Assembly (NCBI GenBank): GCA_964016885.1
Contig: OZ024745.1
Span: forward strand, 3,410,001 to 3,474,000
Length of the DNA: 64,000 nt
DNA from: Eledone cirrhosa
Lineage: Eukaryota
Reading direction: 5' to 3'
Shown here: one piece after another, positions 51,386 to 59,359 of the stretch
Position numbering within the stretch: the first letter of the stretch is position 1
How the letters are laid out: the number at the start of each line of letters is the position of its first letter
Translations under genes and position numbers: made by a program
The notes under the pieces: generated by a model
Seen by the model: only the letters and a program-made list of their open reading frames with translations
The model's database searches: none
Told to the model about the DNA's origin: nothing

Positions 51386-51706
51386 ATACTCACCAATAGA
51401 CCCAAATACTCACCCATAGACCCAAATACTCACCAATAGACCCAAATACTCACCAATAGTCCCAAATACTCAGCAATAGACCCAAATACTCACCAATAGA
51501 CCCAAATACTCACCAATAGACCCAAATACTCACCGATAGACCCAAATACTCACCAATAGACCCAAATACTCACCGATAGACCCAAATACTCACCAATAGA
51601 CCCAAATACTCACCAATAGACCCAAATACTCACCAATAGACCCAAATACTCACCAATAGACCCAAATACTCACCGATAGACCCAAATACTCACCAATAGA
51701 CCCAAA
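51386..51706. repeat. 20-bp minisatellite (ATACTCACCAATAGACCCAA) x16
   Basis: Exact 20-bp period over 321 bp with a few substitutions (CACCCAT, ATAGT, CAGC, CCGAT). Confidence 0.98.
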
Positions 51707-51869
51707 CAGAAAAGTCTTGTAATTATTGCCCAGTAGTCATATCTCTGCAACTCTTTTAATTTCAACATAATTGTTTCTACTTTTGGCACATGGCCAGCAA
51801 TTACCCTGTGCATTACTGGTACTTTATTTTATCGACCCCGTAAGGATGAAAAGCAAAGTCAACCTCGGC

Positions 51870-51882
51870 GGGATTTGAACTC
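51870..51882 (-). promoter_or_regulatory. RNA polymerase III internal promoter B box of the SINE
   Basis: GAGTTCAAATCCC matches the GTTCRANNC consensus and lies ~50-60 nt downstream of the nearest A-box-like motif. Confidence 0.65.
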
Positions 51883-51912
51883 AGACCGTAAAGGGACGTA
51901 ACTATGCTGGAA

Positions 51913-52449
51913 AGCATGGCGTCCGACCCTCTACTGATACTGCCAATCTACCGCCCTAGCATGGCGTCCGACCCTCTACCGATACTGCCAATCTACCGCC
52001 CTAGCATGGCGTCCGACCCTCTACCGATACTGCCAATCTACCACCCTAACATGGCGTCCGAACCTCTACTGATACTGCCAATCTACCGCCCTAGCATGGC
52101 GTCCGACCCTCTACCGATACTGCCAATCTACCACCCTAGCATGGCGTCCGACCCTCTACCGATACTGCCAATCTACCACCCTAGCATGGCGTCCGACCCT
52201 CTACCGATACTGCCAATCTAACACCCTAACATGGCGTCCGACCCTCTACCGATACTGCCAATTCACCGCCCTAGCATGGCGTCAGACCCTCAACCGATAC
52301 TGCCAATTCACCGCCCTAGCATGGCGTCAGACCCTCAACCGATACTGCCAATTCACCGCCCTAGCATGGCGTCAGACCCTCAACCGATACTGCCAATCTA
52401 CCGCCCTAGCATGGCGTCCGACCCTCTACCGATACTGCCAATCCACCGC
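51913..52449. repeat. 45-bp minisatellite (AGCATGGCGTCCGACCCTCTACCGATACTGCCAATCTACCGCCCT) x12
   Basis: Units start at 51913, 51958 ... 52408. The ORF track shows 7+5 copies of MASDPLPILPIYRPS. Confidence 0.98.
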
Positions 52450-52459
52450 ACGAAGCTAA

Positions 52460-52640
52460 TAGTTTGGAGAGGGGAGGGGGGAGGTTAATTACATAGAAAT
52501 CGATGGTACTTTATTTTATCAACACCCTGAACAGATGAAAGGCAAAGTTGACCACGACAGTATTTTGAAGACAGAAGTTAAATAGCTGAAATCCAATACT
52601 AAGAAGTGTTTTGTTCGCTGTTATTAAAATCCTGTCCAAC
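52460..52640 (-). mobile_element. Degenerate SINE copy, same family
   Basis: TGGTACTTTATTTTATCAACACCCTGAACAGATGAAAGGCAAAGTTGACC..TTTGAA..CAGAA is colinear with 51818-51890. Confidence 0.65.
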
Positions 52641-52698
52641 AAGGAAAGCGATCATTAAAACAATGATGATGTCACCCTTCTAATGTTTATATGATGTC

Positions 52699-52812
52699 TA
52701 CTTTAGACACAAGGCCAGTAATTTGAGGTAGGGGAAAGTTGATCGACTTGACTTTATTTTATCCTCTCCGGTATATAACAGGCAAAGTTGACCTCAACGG
52801 GTTTGGAAGTTG
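52699..52812 (-). mobile_element. Degenerate SINE fragment, same family
   Basis: CACAAGGCCAGTAATT..ACTTTATTTTATC..AGGCAAAGTTGACCTC is colinear with 51787-51866. Confidence 0.6.
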
Positions 52813-52998
52813 CAAATCGAATGCCACCTCCACATGAATTTACCTGTTACACCTGTTTATTTCCACCCAAAGCAATACTCTGCCCAATCGGTTTTCAAAT
52901 AACACTGACTTTTATTTATTTATTTAATCAATTTAAACGTCTGTATAGAGCTAGTAAACCATGACAGAGGGGGGGGGGGTCTTGTACCCCTTACAGTT

Positions 52999-53030
52999 AG
53001 AGAGAGAGAGAGAGGGGGAGAGAGAGAGAG
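52999..53030. repeat. (GA)n microsatellite, interrupted
   Basis: Direct reading; preceded by a G-run at ~52968-52979. Confidence 0.9.
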
Positions 53031-54354
53031 CCACGCGAAGCAAAAGTAGCATAAATAAGATTTTAAAAAGGGTGAAAAACAAGTGCAACTATAAAATGTT
53101 GAATCTTGTAGCCTTCAGTTTCCCAAATTCAACATTAACCAGTCATTTTATTCTCTGCTTTCATCTCCTCTTATCCGAGAGGATCCCCACCACAGCCATA
53201 TAAAATTCCTCACTGGACCCAACAATATATATATTTTAATAACCAATATTAAGCTGTATTGTTCGCAAATAAAACCATCTTGCCTCCCACACCAACAAGC
53301 TATTTAAATTGAATATGTTCTCGCATCACTGCACTTCAACAAATAGCCTTCAAATTGATTCACATCATTTATCACTCAGAATACATAGCAAATATATATA
53401 TAACCGAGAACCTAAATAATTACTAGCCGCACCGTCGCTATCATAATTTAATCTTATATAATTGTATATATGTAAACATTTTCAGATATATATAACAACC
53501 GTTTAATGTAATCACAAAGTTATGGAACGGTTATTGTTATCGAAATTAGTAGAGGTGGGGGCACGCCCAGGACAATTGTTATATTATCTGCTTAAAGTTA
53601 TCAACCAGATATTATTTAAATGACTCCGTCCCAAAGTGATCGCAAATAAGCGGCTTAATTACTGTACATTTTTATATTTTATGTATTTAAAAATGAGAGT
53701 GGAACCAGATATCCAGTGTGTATGGGTTAACCTGAGACATTCTCACCTATGACAGTAAAACACCAACTTATTGCTGACCAAACAATTACGTCATTTCTCT
53801 CACTTTTACTGTCCATTCTTCTCTAACACACCTCCTCTCCGCCTTTCACATCATTCTAATATCCATTACCTTTTCACTTTCTTTCTCTGACTCTATCTCT
53901 AATTCTTGCTAACCATGAAACTCTTTCTTTCCATTGCTTTATCTCACAATTAACAACCAACTAACCGAATTCTTTTACTTTATTTTCACTACTTTGGCTT
54001 CTATCTTTTTATTACACGTAACAAATATATCAAATAACTATAAAATGTCGCCATGTGAACGAGAGTCACTTCTCTTCCCCTCTTCTTACATCCTTATTAT
54101 TATTGCTATCCCTTTAATAACTTGGGAATCATCCTTTCTCTATAGCCTCTTAATTATACATTTTTTCTCTCTATTTTGTCTTCATTTTTATTTCGCTTCC
54201 ACATCTCCACGGCAAAGCATTTTAAAAGACACCGTTCAAATATTTGTTAACGTATTCTGTCGATATTTAATTCCGTCCCAGAAAGAATCAATAAACTCGC
54301 GCAGAAACTACATGGTGCGTGCACATAATTTGATGTATATGTAAACACTCGTAG

Positions 54355-54402
54355 ACACACACACACACACACACATATATATATGTGTGTGAGAGAGAGA
54401 GA
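54355..54402. repeat. Compound microsatellite (AC)n(AT)n(GT)n(GA)n
   Basis: Direct reading; the ACACACATATATATATGTGTGT core is self-complementary. Confidence 0.9.
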
Positions 54403-54767
54403 GGGGGAGTGAGACAACACGGACTCACATATTTATTCAATATGTATATACAGATGTATATACACACATTATATGCGTATATAACAGAGAGAGAGGGGGA
54501 GACATTCACACATATTCACTAGATGTACACTCCCACACTAATAGGTGTAAACACACGTGTGTGTGCATGTGAGTGTGTGACATGCGCACAGTAAACACGG
54601 AACAAAACATTTTATCATTAAAATATAAAATTAAAAGGATTCAATTTCATAGAAATATATATTTAACTTGGAGAAGATATTAAATTTGTTGTACACGGTT
54701 TCCTTTGTACCATGAAAATAAGGTGTTTATTGAGAGTAAACCTAAATGGTGTATTTATGAATATGAG

Positions 54768-54975
54768 ATGTTGTTTAACCTCAGGTCATCCTTAATTGAG
54801 CAGACCCATGATCAAAGCTGTTCCAAACGCGACCATCCCATCTTTGATTCAAACATACTGTATTATCCATCGCCACTCTATAATAATATATGATTACTCT
54901 TCTAATACGCTAGGATGTGATTTGAGGAAGATTTGGCTGCTATTGTTAGCAAATCGAGTGACTGAATAGTGGATC
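54768..54975. mobile_element. Probable old interspersed-repeat fragment, family not determined
   Basis: TTGTTTAACCTCAGGTCA..GAGCAGACCCATGATCAAAG..GACCATCCC and GATTTGAGGAAGATTTGGCTGCTATT..TAGCA resemble a repeat I recall from octopus genomes. There is no second copy in the window to confirm it. Confidence 0.35.
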
Positions 54976-55785
54976 GTGTAGGTGTAATTAAGTAGACATG
55001 AATTTTTATTTTTAAAACTTAAAATAAAATAAAAAAGACAACTTAAATAGTCTCACACGTTTGAAAATTATGTTTTTCTTAACAAGTCATAACTCGGTTA
55101 AATCTTGCTTTAAAACCCAGTTAATGTGTGTCTTGCGTAGATTAACAATTGTTGAAAGAAATAATTTTATTACAAATATTTTCCATTTAAAAATTTTACT
55201 TCAAACACGGACTGATCGCCTTTAGGTTGTCATTAAAACTGGAGAATTAACAGAAATTATTTTACTAATGTTTAATAATTCAATGTGAGAGAGAGATTGT
55301 GTTTCTATGACTATATTGCTTCTTTAATTTTATCAAGTAGATACAGTGAGCAGCCATGTTTGATAACTGCTGCAGGTAGATCAAGAAAAAAAGCCCAGTC
55401 ACACAACGTTAATAGTCGTATTTCTAGAGATCGTCATATTAAATGTAATCTCTCTCTCTTCTAAACCGCCTGGTTTAATCAATGTCTAGCAGCCGAAGGC
55501 AATTATAGATGTAAGGGACGTAATTCTCACTAATTGCTTCTCATAAGTAAAAACTTTAGAATTAAAGAGGAAAGGTGATAGATTAGAATGTTTGCTAGCG
55601 ACATAACCGAGGTTGGATGGGATTCAGCATTGTCTTACCACCCCCACCTAAAAACAACATTTTAAGAGAAAGAGAGATGCTGTAGTTTTTCTTCTTCGCC
55701 CACTTATTCCTGAGAGGGCCTTGTAGGCAGAGTCCAGACACGTTTTTCAGAGGGTCCCATCAGAAATAATCGTCTCCAAGTTGTT

Positions 55786-56090
55786 ATATATATCCAGGGA
55801 GTGTAACGTGAAGTTACTATAGGTTCACCCAGGTGAGCACTCGATGTTTAGGTTCACGTCAGTGGCGAGGTGTAGAGCTAGACAGAATCTAATATAATAA
55901 TACAAGGACGATTTGGTAAGCCTTCATTATGTTTATTGATTGGTGGCGTGCGTTTAACTATTGATCAGCTCATGGTTCGATCTGTATATATGTATATACT
56001 AATAATAATAAAAGGACGAAGTGTTAGATTTTCATTACATTTATTGAGGTGTGACGCGCGTTTCGCGATTGATCAGCTCAATCTGGCTCA
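55786..56090. repeat. Locally duplicated module with an internal ~110-bp tandem duplication; related copy at 56650-56820
   Basis: TAATAATA.AAGGACGA..TTCATTA..TTTATTGA..GCG.GCGTTT...ATTGATCAGCTCA occurs at ~55890-55971 and ~56000-56081. TTCATTACATTTATTGAGGTGTGA.GCGCGTT recurs at ~56787-56818, and CAGGGA.TGTAA.GT..AGTTACT.TAGG occurs at ~55795 and ~56667. Confidence 0.65.
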
Positions 56091-56256
56091 AGTCTACAGT
56101 AACTGGACGTTACAATCCCTAAATGTATATAGGGCTTTCCTTCGAATGAAACCGTTCTAGTCCTGTAGAAGCCATTTCTCTCTATATATATTTCTTCCCT
56201 GTACTGTGCCGTTTGTTTTGTTACTTCTGTTGTCCTTTTACACACATATACGGGTT

Positions 56257-56662
56257 AGATACGCAGTGATAGACATATAGCAGATCCTGGAAGGGTAAGC
56301 TCCAAACTTCGGCATTGAAGGCAGGTCCAGCCCACAAACAGGACGTCACTCTGTAGTGCCAAAGGTCCTGTCTGTCACATCAAGAATAAGGACCACATAC
56401 TGCAATAGGTTCAAGGGACCCCAGCTTTTTAAGAAGCTGCCAAACAATCTGAGAGATAAACATGGTGTATATATGTAGATGTTTTCAAGAGACATCACAA
56501 CACTCTACTGGCCAAGGTCCCAGATGAACCCACAACACGAGGTGAAGCACAAATAAGAGCAGCAATGGTTAACCAGGGAAGGCTGGCTATAGAAAGTGTA
56601 GCATCGGTGGTAGTGCCCTAGCATGACCTCAGCCTGAATGCAAATAAAATATATATATATAT
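56257..56662 (+). mobile_element. 5'-truncated, decayed 3' end of a CR1-group LINE
   Basis: Translation RYAVIDI*QILEG*APNFGIEG..TGRHSVVPK..RIRTTYCNRFKGPQLFKKLPNNLRDKHG / VDVFKR..LLAKVPDEPT..QIRAA matches the CR1/L2-type ORF2 C-terminus (RY..IWKI..G...LFN.LP...FK..LD...PDEP). It is followed by AATAAA and an (AT)n tail. Confidence 0.75.
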
Positions 56663-56815
56663 AGTTCAGGGAATGTAATGTCCAGTTACTGTAGGGTGAC
56701 CAGAGTGAACACTCAAGGTGTAGTTTCCAGTAGGTGTATTGGTGTAGTACTAAGCAGAGTGTAATAATAATAAAATGTGTTAAATCTTCATTACATTTAT
56801 TGAGGTGTGATGCGC

Positions 56816-56868
56816 GTTCAATCTATATCGAGGTTCAATCTATATTCAAGGTTCAATCTATATCGATC
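56816..56868. repeat. 17-18 bp tandem triplication (GTTCAATCTATATCGAG)
   Basis: GTTCAATCTATAT occurs three times in tandem. Confidence 0.85.
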
Positions 56869-57004
56869 GGACCCAACTCTGGAATCAAAAGCTCGTCTGA
56901 CTTCTGTTATGGTAATGACAAAGAATTCCTTAAAGCTTTGAGAAAATAAACATCAGTTCTTTCTCTCTATATATAAATAAATATATCACCCAGTCCATTC
57001 TGTA

Positions 57005-57187
57005 AAGTGGTCATGTAGGCACCACGGTAAAAAGCAACTAGTACTCACTGTAAATGAGGTTGGTGTTAGGAAGGGCATCCAATGTAGAAACCAAGCCAAA
57101 ATCAGTTCTGTATGAGCAAGGCATGGTCACCTGACCTGGCATTGCCCACAACAGGACAAAGCATCTAACACATGTTAGCATGGAGTA
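57005..57187 (+). mobile_element. RTE-type 3' tail: severely 5'-truncated LINE or SINE tail
   Basis: CACGGTAAAAA..CACTGTAAATG.GGTTGGTGTTAGGAAGGG.ATCCAA.TGTAGAAA is the reverse complement of 61435-61505 in the 3' UTR of the RTE LINE at the window end. Confidence 0.75.
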
Positions 57188-57295
57188 TATATATATATAT
57201 ATACATATAGAGAGAGAGAGATACACGTGTGTGTGTATATATATATATACACATACATATATATATACACACATATATACATATACATACATATA
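57188..57295. repeat. Compound (TA)n/(GA)n/(TG)n/(TACA)n microsatellite
   Basis: Direct reading. Confidence 0.9.
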
Positions 57296-58685
57296 ACTTT
57301 GATAGGTTTCGGCCAGTATTGGCCCAGGCATGTCTAACTTAATAGCACCACCTGACAAAGTCTTTCAAATCATGATTACGACACCATGGCCCACTCAAGT
57401 AGAAAGTTATTGTTTACGGAGACATATCCGGGATTTCTTAAACTTTATGGGTTCTGTTTCTGTTTTAATGTGTTTTGGTGCAATGTTAAAGAGAGCGGGG
57501 CCAATTGAAGTGAAATAATTGTGCCATATTGTTGTTAGATGTGTGATTTTTGTTGTGGGTGGATAGCATGGGGCCCAAGACTTGGGTGTACCTTAAAGGT
57601 GATGCCAACATCATTTGGGCAAAGCTGATGGAATATTTTCCACATCATGCAGATAATGTAGCGTTCATGGCAAAGTTGGAGAGAATAAAGGTTGAGTTTT
57701 TCTAATCGGCTCCAATAGTCAAGGCCTGCCATGCCATCTATCTTTTTTGTAATTGATCTTTGGGGTGCTTCAACTTTCATGATACTTTGTTTCGTGTGGG
57801 GTGACCACAGTGGACAACAGTATTCAAGGTGGGGTCGAGCAAAAGTGGAAAAGAGAAGGATAACAGTGTGGATATCTCTCGACTGGAAAGTTCTGAGAAT
57901 CCAGGAACACTTTCTGTGGGCGATGCCAACTTTGCTGTTTATATGAGTAGCTCAGCTTATGTTGTTGGATGCTGCGAGAGTTTCACCTGAAGGGAGTATG
58001 GGAGTTTCAGTGCATTCTCTCTTCCAAAGTGGATTAATTCAAATTTATCCTCGTTCAGCAGCATATTGTTCTTTTCTGCCCATTGGATAACAGCCGAAGG
58101 CAAGACCGGTCACCCACCTCATTGTTGACCTTCTGGAACTTGGAATCATCTGCAAAGATTCTTATGTTGTTGTGCTTGATGATGTCAGTAATGTCATTAA
58201 TGTAGATGATGAAAAGAAGTGGGCTCAACACAGTGCCTTGTGGGACGCCACTGCTGACTTTAGCTGGGCTTGACTACATGTTGGGCTCTGTCTATCAGGA
58301 AACACTTGATCCATTGCAGTAACTTTCCAGAAACACCAATGTTGGAAATTTTTTTCAGTAGAGTATTGTGATCAACCCTGTCAAAAGCATTGCTCAAATC
58401 AAGGTAGAGGACATCAGTGTTGGACCCTCTCCTAAAGCTCTCAAAATATCAAAGTGATGCAGGAGCTGTGTTAGGTAGTTCCTTCCATTACAGAACCCAT
58501 GTTGGTTGGAGTTCAGCAGTCTGTTGCTTTCAAGAAAGTGGGTTATTCGTGATCTCACCACCCTCTCAAATACCTTGATGATATGAGAGGTGAGTGAGAT
58601 AGGACAGTGGTTTATTGCAAGGGACTTGTTTCCCTTTTTGAAAGCTGGGACAAAGTTTTCAGGAATACAGCCAGCATATCAACCT
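57296..58685 (-). mobile_element. 5'-truncated, decayed CR1-group LINE (RT domain to 3' end)
   Basis: Minus-strand motifs in order: VPAFKKGNKS..HCPISLTSHIIKVFE, NQHGF, DVLYLDLSNAFD, SGVPQGTVLSPLLFIIYIND (SGVPQG at 58235-58252), IFADD (58145-58159), LEYCCPLWSP, QRSITKKIDGM..LDYWSRLEKLNLYSLQ..ERYII..WKI. Multiple frameshifts and stops. Confidence 0.9.
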
Positions 58686-58805
58686 CAGTGATGATGCATT
58701 TCTAGAGTACAGATACGTTGTACATGGATCGGCGAAACTGCAGTCGGGACTTAGACAAAAATATACCTATTTTTTTCTTCAATTATTTCCTCATATTTTG
58801 TAATT

Positions 58806-58807
<2 letters not shown>

Positions 58808-58879
<72 letters not shown>
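58808..58879. repeat. (TA)n microsatellite, ~36 units
   Basis: Direct reading; pure array. Confidence 0.97.
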
Positions 58880-58881
<2 letters not shown>

Positions 58882-59211
58882 CTTTGATAGGTTTCGGCCA
58901 GTATTGGCCCATGCCATGTCTAACTTAATAGCACCACCTGGCAAAGTTTTTCAAATCAGGATTTTGACACCATGGCCCACTCAAGTAGAGAGTTATTGTT
59001 TACAGAGACATATCTGGGATTTCTTGAAGGAATTTGTCCAAAGACTTCTTAAACTTTATGGGGGGTGTTTCTGTTTTAATGTGTTTTGGTGTAATGTTAA
59101 AGAGAGCAGGGGCCAATTGAGGTGAAATAATTGTGCCGTATTGTTATGAGATGTGAATGAGATTTTTGTTGTGGGCAGATAGCACGGGGTGTACCTTAAA
59201 GGTGATGCCAA
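58880..59211 (-). mobile_element. Second, shorter 3'-end copy of the same CR1-group LINE
   Basis: Colinear with 57296-57608 (ACTTTGATAGGTTTCGGCCAGTATTGGCCCA...GTACCTTAAAGGTGATGCCAA) and bounded by (TA)n on both sides. Confidence 0.9.
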
Positions 59212-59327
59212 TATAAATATATATATATATAGCTATAGTAAAAAAATTGAACGGGAACAAAACAGAGAGGCAGTACGAACAAAGGTTTATTAGTTTCACG
59301 CTCTTGAGAGTGGGGTGGTGGTGGGGA

Positions 59328-59359
59328 ACGACGTTTCGAGCATAAGCCCTTCTTCAGGT
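59328..59359 (-). ncRNA. Minimal type I hammerhead ribozyme motif of the Penelope kind
   Basis: Minus strand reads AC-CUGAAGA-A-GGGC-UUAU-GCUC-GAAA-CG-UC^GU: CUGANGA core, 4-bp stem II with one GU pair, GAAA, palindromic minimal stem III (ACGU), GUC cleavage triplet (cut between 59330 and 59329), and only ~2 bp of stem I. Confidence 0.7.

Larger units (their letters stand above)
51773..52449 (-). mobile_element. tRNA-derived SINE whose 5' head is tandemly amplified
   Basis: Minus strand has an A-box-like TGGCAGTATCGG in each 45-bp head unit and a B-box GAGTTCAAATCCC at 51870-51882. The body GAGGTTGACTTTGCTTTTCATCCTTACGGGGTCGATAAAATAAAGTACCAG and the 3' GCTGGCCATGTGCCAAAA are shared with other copies in the window. 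Confidence 0.8.

Noticed and set aside
903-51417. Very long ORFs (up to 3111 aa) resembling extensin, mucin, His-rich or Gly-rich proteins
   Set aside because: They arise from a triplet-length unit that is stop-free in five frames. They overlap on both strands, switch repeat type at 1-bp indels, and have no credible start, signal peptide or unique domain.
51860-51960. tRNA gene
   Set aside because: A and B boxes are present but there is no convincing cloverleaf, and the sequence continues into a SINE body repeated elsewhere in the window.
952-52449. CRISPR-like arrays
   Set aside because: Units are directly adjacent with no unique spacers, there are no cas genes, and the context is eukaryotic retroelement-rich DNA.
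51904-52488. ORFs of MASDPLPILPIYRPS repeats
   Set aside because: They translate the 45-bp SINE-head repeat on its antisense strand and are broken by a stop in unit 7.
52961-56160. Short ORFs in the AT-rich interval
   Set aside because: Low-complexity or microsatellite-derived translations with no motifs and no consistent exon structure.
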